64,000 nucleotides of DNA from Candidatus Poribacteria bacterium (GTDB lineage: Bacteria; Poribacteria; WGA-4E; WGA-3G), in contig OZ240248.1 of assembly GCA_965198235.1 (NCBI GenBank), positions 800,001 through 864,000 on the forward strand. Reading direction: 5' to 3'. A program made the translations under genes and the position numbers. This document shows positions 10,686-21,659 of this stretch, in pieces (the stretch's first letter is position 1; each line of letters opens with the position of its first letter). The notes under the pieces are model-generated. The model was given only the letters and a program-made list of their open reading frames with translations. It was not told where the DNA came from and searched no databases.

Positions 10686-10921
10686 TTTTTAACTATGGGC
10701 CCCTGGTCACTGATCCATTACATTCCGCAGTGGTGTCTGGTTGATTCCGACGTGATTCGGAAGATGTACGGTTTTAAGGAAATCGCGAACTGGAACTCGC
10801 TCCTACAAACGTACATATCTTTAATTGCGTTGGGATTAATCAGAAACCATTGTGGAACATTGTCCTGCAAGCCTCTATAGGCTTGCACAAGGAACAATGC
10901 CCAGGAGTAATAAATTAAAAA
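10686..10921. repeat. Family A element, copy 2
   Basis: TTTTTAACTAT...ATAAATTAAAAA. Hairpins cactg/cagtg and cattgt/acaatg, the latter with an extra hairpin in its loop. Confidence 0.75.
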
Positions 10922-11956
10922 ATGGACTGGACTGTTTTTGGTTGGGCAGGCATAGAACTGGAAATACCCACGACATGGGAACTTAGTGGACTCAGCGGAG
11001 ATCAGAAAACAGGATATCTCCGGCTTGACGATGCAGAGATGCCTCGCCTTGAACTCAAATGGGCGCACACCCGACGCAAAAAGCCAGACCTTCATGCGAC
11101 GCTCGACGAATACTTCAAGTTGATTCGCAAGACTTATAAGAAAGGCACCGAACTCTCCTTCCGCCGGAACGTTAATTTCATCAAAGAAGATGAATTCTTT
11201 AAGGGACGCACCGTTCTCGGTTTTAGTTGGAAGGGGAGTATTCGCGCGAATGGGTTGATTTTCCACACCGGGAAACGGATTACGATCGTGCAGGTGATGG
11301 GACGGCTCAAGGAGAATTGGCGCCCCACGGTTCTTCGGGTTTTCGAATCAATTACAGACCGTGGAGACGCACCATTGACACTGTGGAGTGCTTACGGGCT
11401 TAAGTTAGGTGTTCCAAAAGAATACAAGTTGGAACGTCAGAAATTGCTCAGTGGGTACCTGTTGTTTACCTTCGTTGCAAAGCCTGTCCGCTTTCAAAGC
11501 GCAGTACGGCTTGCGAAACTGGCAAGCAACCGTCTACGGAACAATGGTTTTGTAGAAGATTTAGATACTTCTCCACCCGACAAAGGCCGGCTTAGCGTGG
11601 AACGGTACGGACCAGCAGAGGTGATGTTGAGCGACTATAAAGACGCTCCAAACCCATTAGAGGCATGGTTTCGCGCCAAATACACAAAAGCGATTCGTGG
11701 CTACGGGTTTGAAGTAACATCCGACATAGACTCAGAAGATGAACGTCTGACACTCATTGGACAACAGACACGGCTTTATGATGGGGTCCCACTTACACCG
11801 GTGTTGATGCTTGATAAACTTTCTAAACGTACAACACTTGTGTTTCATCTATGGCGATGCAATCATTCCAATCGTATCTATGTCATCCAGTCCATCGGCA
11901 GTACCGATGCGCGTTCGACCGTCCAAAAGGTTGCTGAAAGTATTGAATGCCACTAA
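10922..11956 (+). CDS. Hypothetical soluble protein with a two-fold internal repeat (possibly PsbP/DcrB-like fold)
   Basis: 344 aa in operon; WAGIELEIPTTWEL...GYLRL recurs as AYGLKLGVPKEYKL...GYLLF. Confidence 0.7.
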   Translation: MDWTVFGWAGIELEIPTTWELSGLSGDQKTGYLRLDDAEMPRLELKWAHTRRKKPDLHATLDEYFKLIRKTYKKGTELSFRRNVNFIKEDEFFKGRTVLGFSWKGSIRANGLIFHTGKRITIVQVMGRLKENWRPTVLRVFESITDRGDAPLTLWSAYGLKLGVPKEYKLERQKLLSGYLLFTFVAKPVRFQSAVRLAKLASNRLRNNGFVEDLDTSPPDKGRLSVERYGPAEVMLSDYKDAPNPLEAWFRAKYTKAIRGYGFEVTSDIDSEDERLTLIGQQTRLYDGVPLTPVLMLDKLSKRTTLVFHLWRCNHSNRIYVIQSIGSTDARSTVQKVAESIECH

Positions 11957-11964
11957 TAGTTATA

Positions 11965-12030
11965 AGTTCTCAGTTGTCAGTAAGAAAAACGTCTCTCTCT
12001 AATAACCGAATACTGAAAACCAACAACCGT
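11965..12030. repeat. Heptamer-rich imperfect palindrome (family B)
   Basis: gttctcagttgtcagtaag...aaccgaatactgaaaaccaacaacc. Confidence 0.5.
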
Positions 12031-12065
12031 ACATAAAAGATTGTTCATTCCAGACCCATTAAAAG

Positions 12066-12539
12066 ATGTTGAACAGAATTCTATATGCTCTCAAACTCAA
12101 GAAACGTCCGGATATGGACCGGACTCGGGTGATGAAGTCGTTCCCTGTTCGGAACCAGTTGATAACCTGGGAAATAGACGACAAAGGCGAAGCCTCACTC
12201 GTTGTTCCACAGAAAGACAAACTCTGGATCCGACTCGCCAGTAAGCTTTTTATGCTCCCGAATAAAAGGGTTATTGTATTAGATTCCATCGGAACTTATG
12301 TGTGGCAGATGTGCGACGGTAAGCATACCATTTCGCAGATCATAAAGGGGGTCCAAAAACAGTACCAGTTGACTCGGAAAGAAGCGGAAACGTCCCTCTT
12401 TACGTTTATGCAGCAGCTTGGCAAACGGAATTTTATAGGGTTCGCCATTCCTAACCCTCAACAGAACGCTCCTGTAACGCCCGAACCTGAACCTGAACCT
12501 GAAAAATCGGGACTCTTTGGGTTCCTGCAGAGGCGGTAA
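12066..12539 (+). CDS. Stand-alone PqqD family / RiPP recognition element (RRE) protein
   Basis: LDSIGTYVWQMCDGKHTISQII...YQLTRKEAETSLFTFMQQLGKRNFI is the PqqD winged-helix pattern. Confidence 0.85.
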   Translation: MLNRILYALKLKKRPDMDRTRVMKSFPVRNQLITWEIDDKGEASLVVPQKDKLWIRLASKLFMLPNKRVIVLDSIGTYVWQMCDGKHTISQIIKGVQKQYQLTRKEAETSLFTFMQQLGKRNFIGFAIPNPQQNAPVTPEPEPEPEKSGLFGFLQRR

Positions 12540-12581
12540 GCCGTATCCTCATCGGAAACTTAGGTAAAATAGGAGAAAAAA

Positions 12582-13394
12582 ATGAATATACCAACAGAAA
12601 TTGGCGATGTTAGTGCAATTCTCGCCGAAACACCAGGAAAGTTCCAACGCGTCCTTCCAAAGGAAAATACAGTTCGCGTCCGGAACCTTATCAAGCGATA
12701 TGAGATGGGAACGCAGACCGTGGATGCCCTCCGCGGTGTCAATTTCCAAATCCAACGCGGCGAATACATTTCTATTATGGGTCCCTCCGGTTCAGGGAAA
12801 TCGACACTTTTCAATATGATTGGTGGTTTAGACAAACCGACCGAGGGGAGAGTTTACATTGACGAGGTGGACATCGCACAACTTGACGCGTACGAACTCG
12901 CGTGGCTCCGCTGCCGAAAAATCGGCTATATCTTTCAATCGTTCAACCTCATCCCTGTTATGACTGCACTCGAAAACGTCTCACTTCCGATGATTTTCGC
13001 CGGTATGAGTGCAGACGAAAGTAGAGAGAAAGGCGTTGACCTCCTTACACTCGTCGGATTGGGTGACCGCGTGCAACACAAGCCGTTAGAACTCTCCGGT
13101 GGACAGCAACAGCGTGTCGCAATTGCACGTTCGCTCGCAAACGACCCTGCAATCGTCCTCGCTGATGAACCGACAGGAAACTTGGACACTAAAACTGGAC
13201 TCGAAATCATCGCCCTACTCCGTCGACTCAATGCTGAAAACGGCGTAACCATCATCACCGCAACGCACGACCACAAAATGTTAGATGTCTCCGACCGTAT
13301 CTTCCACATGGCAGACGGTAAGGTGGACAAGATCGAGGGGCGCGATGAGATCGACCTCCACGTCGGTAAATTAGACGGTGAAGAAGTCGGATAA
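12582..13394 (+). CDS. ABC transporter ATP-binding protein, LolD/MacB type
   Basis: Walker A GPSGSGKST, IGYIFQSFNL, LSGGQQQRVAIAR, ADEPTGNLD, ATHD. Confidence 0.95.
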   Translation: MNIPTEIGDVSAILAETPGKFQRVLPKENTVRVRNLIKRYEMGTQTVDALRGVNFQIQRGEYISIMGPSGSGKSTLFNMIGGLDKPTEGRVYIDEVDIAQLDAYELAWLRCRKIGYIFQSFNLIPVMTALENVSLPMIFAGMSADESREKGVDLLTLVGLGDRVQHKPLELSGGQQQRVAIARSLANDPAIVLADEPTGNLDTKTGLEIIALLRRLNAENGVTIITATHDHKMLDVSDRIFHMADGKVDKIEGRDEIDLHVGKLDGEEVG

Positions 13395-13395
13395 A

Positions 13396-13523
13396 CAGTT
13401 GTCAGGTATCAGTCGTCAGCTAAGAGGTTTTCGGTATTCATAAATGATATGGGTGAATCCACACAACTCTGAATTGATAACTGATAGATAACCAATACGC
13501 CGATAGCCAACAGCCAATTAACC
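13396..13523. repeat. Heptamer-rich imperfect palindrome (family B)
   Basis: cagttgtcaggtatcagtcgtcagctaagagg...ctctgaattgataactgatag...gccgatagccaacagccaa. Confidence 0.6.
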
Positions 13524-13529
13524 ATCAAA

Positions 13530-14651
13530 ATGACTATCTACAAACGCTTAGGCATTCCTACAGTCATCAACGGGAACGCAACGCTCACACGGCTCGGTGG
13601 TTCGATTATGCCACCTGAGGTTGTCGCGGCGATGGCAGACGCTGCCAAGCACTTTGTAGACATCATCGAACTCCAAAAACGGGTCGGGGAAGAGATTGCG
13701 AAACTCACCCACAACGAAGCGGCGTACGTCTCCTGTGGTGCCGCCGCCGCCTTGACACTCAGCACTGCCGCGTGTATCACTGGGCTTGATGCTGACAAGC
13801 GTGAAAAATTGCCTCACCTTGATGCGTCAATGAAAAGTGAAGTCATTGTGCATCGTCATGGCCGTGTCGGATACGATTTCGCCGTTCGGCAGGTCGGTGT
13901 CACATTTGTAGAGATAGGGGACGAAAACGGAACGACGCCCGACGAGTTAGAAAACGCTATTACCGAGAAAACCGCCGCAATCTTCTACTTCGCAAATTTT
14001 CTTCGCCAACACCTCTGGGTGTCTTATGAAGAAGCCATCGCGATTGCCGAAAGGCACAACGTCCCTCTCATCGTTGATGCCGCTGCACAGTTACCACCCC
14101 CAGAAAATCTTTGGCGTTTCACGCAGATGGGTGCTGATTTAGCACTCTTTAGTGGGGGAAAAGGTTTGTCCGGACCGCAGAGTAGTGGGTTAATCGTCGG
14201 AAAAAAATCGTTGATTGAAACTATCGCCTTCAACGGACCACCGCACCCTTTCATCGGCAGGGGAATGAAGGTCGGAAAAGAGGAAATGGTAGGTTTACTT
14301 GCCGCTGTCAAATGGTACTTGGATCAGGATCACGACGAATTACAGAAATCTTACGAGGATCAGGTTACCTACTACGACGAAGTGTTCGCGGACATCCAAG
14401 GCGTTACAGTACACCGTAGCTTCCCCTCCGAAGCCGGACAACCGATGCCGCGCACCGAAATCCGATTTGATGAGGAACAACTCGGCATCACACGGAACGA
14501 AATCCTTCAGCAACTCACAGAAGGTGAACCCTCCATTGACATTGCAGGCGCAGGTGCAAACGGCGTAGTTATCAACGGACAAACGCTAATGCCCGGAGAG
14601 GTAGAAATCATCGCTCAAAGATTAAAGGAGATTTTAAGTAGCGTAGCATGA
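13530..14651 (+). CDS. PLP-dependent enzyme, SelA-like/DgaE family
   Basis: VINGNATLTRLGGS, VDAAAQ, FSGGKGLSGPQSSG, IGRGMKVGKEE. Confidence 0.85.
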   Translation: MTIYKRLGIPTVINGNATLTRLGGSIMPPEVVAAMADAAKHFVDIIELQKRVGEEIAKLTHNEAAYVSCGAAAALTLSTAACITGLDADKREKLPHLDASMKSEVIVHRHGRVGYDFAVRQVGVTFVEIGDENGTTPDELENAITEKTAAIFYFANFLRQHLWVSYEEAIAIAERHNVPLIVDAAAQLPPPENLWRFTQMGADLALFSGGKGLSGPQSSGLIVGKKSLIETIAFNGPPHPFIGRGMKVGKEEMVGLLAAVKWYLDQDHDELQKSYEDQVTYYDEVFADIQGVTVHRSFPSEAGQPMPRTEIRFDEEQLGITRNEILQQLTEGEPSIDIAGAGANGVVINGQTLMPGEVEIIAQRLKEILSSVA

Positions 14652-15358
14652 AACTTAACAACGGTATTCGCCTGACATGGCTCGGACATTCCACCTTTAA
14701 AATCGAAACAGACGGACAAACCCTCCTCATTGACCCATGGGTGACAAACAATCCGGTATGTCCGGATGCCCTTAAAACCTTTGACGCGCTCGACGTGATA
14801 CTCATAACACACGGGCACGCCGATCACATCAGCGACGCGGTACCACTGGCGAAAAAACATACACCGACAGTTGTGTCTATCGTTGAAATCGCAGGATGGC
14901 TTGGTAAACAGGGTGTCGAGAACACGATTGGTATGAATAAGGGTGGCACTGTCACTGTCGGCGACCTGAAAGCAACGATGGTCTCAGCAAACCATAGTAG
15001 CAGCTTCACAGAGGAAAACGGCACGACAGTTTATTTGGGTGAACCCGCAGGCTACGTGATTGAATTCGGAAACGGCTACAAAATTTACCACGCTGGGGAT
15101 ACGAACGTGTTCGGGGACATGCGAATTATCGGTGAGATTTACCAACCCGACCTCGCGTTACTCCCTATCGGCGACCATTTCACGATGGGACCGCGTGAAG
15201 CCGCCTATGCCGCGCAATTACTCAACGTCCCAGCGATTCTGCCCATCCATTATGGCACTTTCCCACTATTGACAGGAACGCCCAAAGAACTCCGTAAATT
15301 GACGGCATCTCAGGATGTGGAAATTATTTCATTAGAAGTTGGGGAAATCTTAGATTGA
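14648..15358 (+). CDS. Metallo-beta-lactamase-fold hydrolase (UPF0173-like)
   Basis: WLGHS, IDPW, THGHADH, YHAGDT, PIHYGTF. Confidence 0.9.
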   Translation: MKLNNGIRLTWLGHSTFKIETDGQTLLIDPWVTNNPVCPDALKTFDALDVILITHGHADHISDAVPLAKKHTPTVVSIVEIAGWLGKQGVENTIGMNKGGTVTVGDLKATMVSANHSSSFTEENGTTVYLGEPAGYVIEFGNGYKIYHAGDTNVFGDMRIIGEIYQPDLALLPIGDHFTMGPREAAYAAQLLNVPAILPIHYGTFPLLTGTPKELRKLTASQDVEIISLEVGEILD

Positions 15359-15426
15359 GGCAATTTTTTGTAGCAAAAACTGTTAGTTTGTGCCCTACAA
15401 GGTAGCATATCGAGGAAAGACAGTTT

Positions 15427-18400
15427 TTAAAATTCTCTTTCCTCGTCAACCCTTGCGCGTTCAATGTCCTCTTCCAACTCCTCTATATATTTATCAAGCC
15501 ACTGTTTGACATTTTTGTCGTCTTCGTTGACTCGAATACGAAGGAACTTTTCTTTTTTTTCATCCAAGTGCAAACTACGAAGCCCCATCCACATCTCTGT
15601 TGAATAATTGGCTTGTAGATTGTCGCGAACATCTTCTCGATCGCCGTAACGAGCGAGGAACGCACGCATTAGGGAATTCGGCCATTCATCCGCTGAAAGG
15701 GTTTTAGGAACGAGTCTGTAGGCGAAATACCATGCCCGATCTTTTACATCCCTATCAATCCACTCCCAAATTTTTTCATGTGGAATTAAGTTTAACGCCC
15801 CTCTTTCATCCGTTGTTGAGAAAGGCTCTTTGGAATCCCCCTCTTTAAGCCACTCCTCTAAGAAAAAGTCACGTTCTTCTAGGCGTTTACTAACATGCTT
15901 CCAAACTTGCTCCGGATATCGTTTCGTCAACTCAGTCAGCACAGAGCATGTTTCTGTGTCGAATGCGCCAAAAATGGTGCCTTCCGTCCCAAAATGAGGG
16001 AATATTTTTTCGATAAACTCTAAACCTTTTTCTGGATAAAGGCGTAGGAACGCTTTCGCGATCTCTGTCCAATAGCGCTCTGTCATGGAGTTTAACTGAT
16101 TAGGAATCAAGTTCTCAAACGCGGCTGGACGAACAAGCAATTGGAACGTCAGGTCACACGGTAAAGCCAGCCGTTGTTTGCCGTAATCATAGTAGAAATA
16201 ATACAATTTGAGTGCAATTGGTACGGCTGAGTTGTCTGAACAACTCAACAGAAACGTAATCCATTTGGTGAAGACTTCATCCGATAAATTATTTGTTACA
16301 CGACTATCGAAGAAAGATGCAAAGGAGTTGACGTGCATAATCCCTTCTTCGGAAAGTTTGAGAAGACGCAAGCCCGCTCGGTCTGTTATGCCAGAACGAT
16401 ATGTGAGCTCTGGGATTAGTCCATTTAGCGTGGTATCTTCAACCAATACATCAAGTTGTTTTTCCCATTCTGCTACGTTGCCCTCAAAGAGTGCTCGGAA
16501 ATAACCACCCAGAAAGAACGCACTTGCATTGTCCCCTGCCTTCCGCTGGGTATCAAGAAGTGTTGGGAGCATCACAAAGCGATTGTCTTTTTTCCCGAGT
16601 CGATATCCAAACGCATATCCATTGTGAGCCTCGGTTGTAACGAGCCATGGTAACTCCGATTGTAATAGGGATGGATCAGCGATAGCTTGTTCGGCAAGCA
16701 CGTGAATTTGTGGATGTCCCTCCTTGAAGTAATTTTCGTTTTCGTCAACGACATCTATAAGTAGATTCATCCCAACGTACCGCCGCATCATGGAATGAAA
16801 GTCAGATCCAATCAATTCATCTCTGAGGTGCTCCCAACGTTGTCTTATGTCGTCGGGCAGATCCTTGCTATCACGACGAAGGAACTCAACAACAGTTTTA
16901 ACAAGCAATCTGTTATCAACATAAACCTTTTCGGCGAGCATCCGAATTGTGTCAATCACCATATTACTTAGATTCGGTCGCCTTGCAATTCGAGGGGCAC
17001 GTCGCAGCAAAATACCTACAGCTTCTTCACGTTCATCCTTCGGCAAACACTCGAATTGTTCCGACAAAAGTTGCCATACTTGACGGTAAGCATCAAAAAG
17101 TTCGCCGTATGTTTCGGGATCCCAAAAGTTGGCATCCTTGCGTAACCCTCGATACTCTGCACCAGACATCCGTGAAAAATGGTCGAACTCCAGTCCTTCA
17201 TTGCATGCTTTCAGTGCAAGAAGTCGTCGTTCTTTCGACCCAGATTCAAATGCTTCTTTCAAAACTGGTAACCGTTCCGCCGGGGATGCTTCAGTTGGAG
17301 CAACTCTGCCATGTCCTAACGAAAAGAGACCGGCAAATACGCCGCTGGCATTGTTTGACCAACTTTCATTCTCTGCTTCGCCGAGGGCAAGAAGCAATCG
17401 CGCGGCATCAACAAACAGGTCGCGTTGCATAGCAATCTTTTCCAATGCCCATACCACATCCCTTCGCCCGCTTGTGAATTGGAAAAGTGCATCCCTATCC
17501 CAGGTCCCCATCGTACGCATTAAGCATTCTAAGGCAGATTTGGGATCCGCTTCAGTCAGTGCGAGAAAAAAACGGCTACCCAACCTCGTCTTCAGATATT
17601 CACCGTCCTGAAAAGGCCCATTCGGACCGAGAAGGTTCCTGACAATTCTTAATGCAGGTTCTGATTCAGCGGCGTACTGAAACATTTCATGGAACCACTC
17701 AATCAATTTGGATCCAGGAGGCAAACCTTGTGTAAAGGTTTCAAGGTCAAAAGAGGCTCCGTAAATCCGCCACCATTCCACCCATAGCTTGATATGGAGT
17801 GCTTTTAGTGTAATGTAAAGCGTAGACTCGCCTTGAAGGATTTTGCGTTTCTTCAGATCATCAACAATTTTCTGAAATCTGCTCAAGGGAATCGGGGGGT
17901 TCGCTTCTTGAACCTTCTCAGCGATTGCTTGAGCGTCTCGGAATCAATTCACTCTGCGATTGACCTGGGAAAAAAGGAAATCGCATAGTTCCATCTTGAG
18001 ACCAGCTCTGATGTGTTTGAAAGTTCAATCCCCCGCGTTCATTCACCCATAATGCCAAAGATGGAAACATTTGAAGAAAACCGATTAAAGTGTTCTGGCT
18101 GCACACCTCAACTTTGGGATGCGAATAACCACACTGCTTTAGAAAATTCTCAATGTGTTCGAGAGTATCTCTACGTTGGGAATCAACCAAGTCTATCCCG
18201 GTGCAAACCAAAACATAAGTGCCATCATCAGTATCAAGACAGGCACGTATACTCTCGCCAAGGTTCTGCCGGTCAGGAGGTTTTGTACCGAAGAACTCCT
18301 TTCTAATCACCGATTTTTGCCACGGTTTAAACGATGCCCCCGCTTTAATTTGATAACTCGTTTTGCCCAGCTTAATTATGCCGCCCCCCGTCGCAATTTG

Positions 18401-18592
18401 AACGTCATCAACAGTAGCATCGACACCACCGTCCGGGACATTAACCCAACGAGAAACGTTAATCTTGCTAATTTCTATACCGAGCCGGCGCGCTTCCGCC
18501 CAAAGCAATTGCTGGAAAAATTCAACCGCTGTGTTCTGATTAAGCCGGGTAAGGTCTTCATTCCTTACGGCAAAAATAGTATCGTAGTTCAT
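15427..18592 (-). pseudogene. Putative defence protein (N-terminal PD-(D/E/Q)xK nuclease-like domain, helical C-terminus) split into two out-of-frame pieces, central region probably deleted
   Basis: ORF 17918-18592 has PDGGVDA...YQIK. The reading frame switches near 17940 (...SELI | RDAQAIAEKVQEANPP...) into the 819-aa ORF, which has no convincing start. Neither piece has a P-loop. Confidence 0.6.
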
Positions 18593-18657
18593 GGGGCAAC
18601 TCCGAAAATTCAGGATATAAACAGGATACCATATTTTGTAGTATACCGAAAATTTAC

Positions 18658-21618
18658 TTACAAAAGTAACTGTATTTGTGCCTCGCTTGAATCCTCATGG
18701 ATAAGTTCTGGTGCTTCCTTCTCCAAGGCACACTCATCCGCTTTTCCGCCGTGGATACTTGGCTCCGCGCAGAGTTTTTTGCGGAGCAGATCAAGCCCTT
18801 CATGCACCTCTGGGTGCGTATCTTCTCCTAAACCCAGTACCTTTGATAACAGTAACCGATCAAGTTTCCGCCTCACTGGGTCATTTACCATCTCATTGAA
18901 GGGGAGCATCTCCTGGTGTTTTAACTCGTGGAAAATCTGCTCTGCGGCCCCAAGCTGAGACAGACTCAACTGAGTGACATCCAATGTCGGCAGAGAACGC
19001 AAGGTCGTTTTTCGGAGTATACCGCGCCCCTGCTGCTGTTTGCCACACTGCATCCAATGGCAGAGCAACCCAAATGTTGAATTTCCCCATAATGCCCACG
19101 CGTATTCATAGATTTCGTTAGCAAAGGCAACGTTTGGGAGCGTATTTACACCGATCGATTTTTGATCGGTAAACATCACTAACACAGAACCAGCGTTAAA
19201 CTGTATGCTTTCGCTGTAATGTACTCGGCTATTAACGCCCATTATGTCTGCAATTTTGGCTTCCTTGTTTGGCCTAGGCAACGCGTGTGAATCGGGTGAA
19301 ACAAGCATCATCTGCTGCGTCCGAGAATCAACATGCCATAAACAGGGATAATCTACAGTGTCAGGACAACCCTCTTCAATATCAAAACCACCACGTCCAC
19401 TATCACCGTATATGTCTAAAGGACCAGGGCTGGTTTTGGCAATGTCGGACAACCGACAGATTGGAATAGGAATTGACTTTGTCTGTCTAGGCAGTTTCAG
19501 ATGCCCGTTGGCGAGTTGATATGCCGATTGTAGTAACCCCATATCTTTGACACGACACACCGCCCAGCCTTCTTCAAAGTCTGGGAGCGGTGCGTCCATT
19601 ACATAGCCTACGGGCTCTGCCCCTACCTTGATAGGATCGCCGCCGGTGATACCGCTTTCAAGTTGGCGGATGTCGTCAGATTTCCTGTAAATCTGGTTCG
19701 CTATTTCAAGTGCCTCCAGTACGCTCGCGGGGCAGCGGTGTAGGCAGACAAAAGTGCCTCGGCCTGTGGTTTTGGATTTTCCTTTGGTTGCAATAACAAG
19801 ACACTCCGCTATGCCCGTGTCCGCAGAAAAGGTGCTGTTTTCAATTTCGGCATCCGCGATCGTGACGACAATGACATCACGGTATTTCTTCGCCCAGAGG
19901 TTTCGCACCTTTCGCCAACTTGTGCCTGCAATGGCGTTTATGGGCAGGACTATTCCCATTCTGCCGTTGGACTTCAGCATTTTATTAGCGAGCTCAATAA
20001 AGTACGAAGCAATACCAGCATTCCCATCGGCGACGCTGTCTTTCTCCTTCTGTGCTTTAAGCGATTTTTTCATCGCCTTTTCGACTTTGGGATCCTTATC
20101 TCCAAAGGTTGTTTTTGGGACTTCAGAATTTTTATCTGTATTGCCCTTGGTATAGGGTGGGTTCTGTATCACGAAATCGAATTCTTTGTGCCTGAATTCT
20201 TGCTTTGCATCGGTTTCTTTATCTCCTTGTCCACCGACCCTACGGCTGGTTGTCATCGGTATCGGTAGAGTTTCTTCTGGGTTGCGAAGCAGATTTAGGG
20301 CACCAATGGCGCATTGTCCGTCGGGACGTTGTATACCATATTCCATCGTATGGATTCGTGTGTCCCCAATTTTGATACCTGGGTAGGTACTAGCGATAAT
20401 GGATGCGGTAAGATGGACAGCATTGGGCAGGATGTCGCAGCCGACGATATTGTTTTTCAGCATATATCGATGGATATCTTGCCCCTTTCCACCGATTTTT
20501 TCATGAAAACCAAGAATACGCTGGTAAATGTCGTTGAGGAGTGTGCCAGTCCCACAAGCGAAATCTGCTACCTTAATTTGCTGAGCATCGCGTTTTAATT
20601 CAGGTAACATGAGTGCAGAGAGAAGAGCTGACGATTCAGGACGTGTGTAGTGCGCCTTGATAAATCTCCGGTCTGTAATCAATTTCTGAAAGACTATTCC
20701 AGCGAGTTCATGCTCTCTCGCAAGTCCCATTTGCTCTAAGTTCCGTGCGGTGTTGCGGAGTGTATAAAGTACCTTTCCGACAAGTTGATCGTCAAGTGCG
20801 ATGGCATTGACCAAACCAATCGCTACATCATAAATAGAGCGATAGTTTATTGTCCGAATAGTATACCATGCGTCAAAAACCAAGTCAGAATCAAGTAAGC
20901 CGTCTTGACCTCGGAGTCCACTAAGCGAAGGCACTGCTTCCAGTTCAGGTTTGCCTGCAAGGGAACTTTGAAAGATAAAAGCATTTCCGATGATAAGCAT
21001 CGCCATCCGCGTTGTCTGTGGGCAGGACTCTTGGTAGAGGATTCTTTCTATTTGATTACCGATCTCCGGTCGTTCCGCTATAGCTGCATCAACGAGTTCG
21101 CCTGCATTATCCACACCTTGCTCCAGAATTACTGCTGCTTCATTAATTTTAGCGATGGGTATTGTTCTGACGCGGATAGCAGTCGCAATGTCCGCCACGC
21201 TACCGGTTAGCCACCCTTCCTCTGGAAAGCGATGGGATTCATCCGTACTGAGAATGCAATAAGCGATGTTATGCTCTTTTTCCATTTCCGCATCAAGATT
21301 TGCTTCCTCTATCTCCCTAAACTTGTACGGAAATCGAACAGCGATACCCATGTGAATCTTCTGCCCTGTTGTCTTAAGCGTCTTACCGAGATAGAGGTCT
21401 TTGAGTTGCCCTTCACCACTGAGATCTGGACTGCGATCGTTGTCAACCTTGTCCTCAATAGCAATCGGATCTCGCTTCGGCTCGGTGACAATGACATCAG
21501 GTTCTCTATTATTCTCAATAAAGGGTTTCGATGGACGTTGTCTAAGTGTCCATGTAGCACGCATAGGGCGGAGTATATTTACGAATGCAGATGTAATAAG
21601 GTCTTCTTTGTTTGGCAT
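18658..21618 (-). CDS. Type IIG-like fused restriction endonuclease / N6-adenine methyltransferase
   Basis: N-terminal EPDV...IEDK (PD-ExK-like), motif I DFACGTG, motif IV NPPY, C-terminal TRD-like region. Confidence 0.85.
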   Translation of the reverse strand: MPNKEDLITSAFVNILRPMRATWTLRQRPSKPFIENNREPDVIVTEPKRDPIAIEDKVDNDRSPDLSGEGQLKDLYLGKTLKTTGQKIHMGIAVRFPYKFREIEEANLDAEMEKEHNIAYCILSTDESHRFPEEGWLTGSVADIATAIRVRTIPIAKINEAAVILEQGVDNAGELVDAAIAERPEIGNQIERILYQESCPQTTRMAMLIIGNAFIFQSSLAGKPELEAVPSLSGLRGQDGLLDSDLVFDAWYTIRTINYRSIYDVAIGLVNAIALDDQLVGKVLYTLRNTARNLEQMGLAREHELAGIVFQKLITDRRFIKAHYTRPESSALLSALMLPELKRDAQQIKVADFACGTGTLLNDIYQRILGFHEKIGGKGQDIHRYMLKNNIVGCDILPNAVHLTASIIASTYPGIKIGDTRIHTMEYGIQRPDGQCAIGALNLLRNPEETLPIPMTTSRRVGGQGDKETDAKQEFRHKEFDFVIQNPPYTKGNTDKNSEVPKTTFGDKDPKVEKAMKKSLKAQKEKDSVADGNAGIASYFIELANKMLKSNGRMGIVLPINAIAGTSWRKVRNLWAKKYRDVIVVTIADAEIENSTFSADTGIAECLVIATKGKSKTTGRGTFVCLHRCPASVLEALEIANQIYRKSDDIRQLESGITGGDPIKVGAEPVGYVMDAPLPDFEEGWAVCRVKDMGLLQSAYQLANGHLKLPRQTKSIPIPICRLSDIAKTSPGPLDIYGDSGRGGFDIEEGCPDTVDYPCLWHVDSRTQQMMLVSPDSHALPRPNKEAKIADIMGVNSRVHYSESIQFNAGSVLVMFTDQKSIGVNTLPNVAFANEIYEYAWALWGNSTFGLLCHWMQCGKQQQGRGILRKTTLRSLPTLDVTQLSLSQLGAAEQIFHELKHQEMLPFNEMVNDPVRRKLDRLLLSKVLGLGEDTHPEVHEGLDLLRKKLCAEPSIHGGKADECALEKEAPELIHEDSSEAQIQLLL

Positions 21619-21659
21619 TCTGTTTTTTCGCTTCCCAACCGTAGGGGATTCTACTTTTG

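Noticed and set aside
12066-12539. PQQ biosynthesis or classical RiPP cluster
   Set aside because: No pqqA/B/C/E, radical SAM, YcaO or lasso cyclase nearby, and no convincing leader-core precursor peptide.
13530-14651. Selenocysteine synthase selA
   Set aside because: Shorter than typical SelA, has the DgaE-like GRGMKVGKE motif, and no selB/selC is adjacent.
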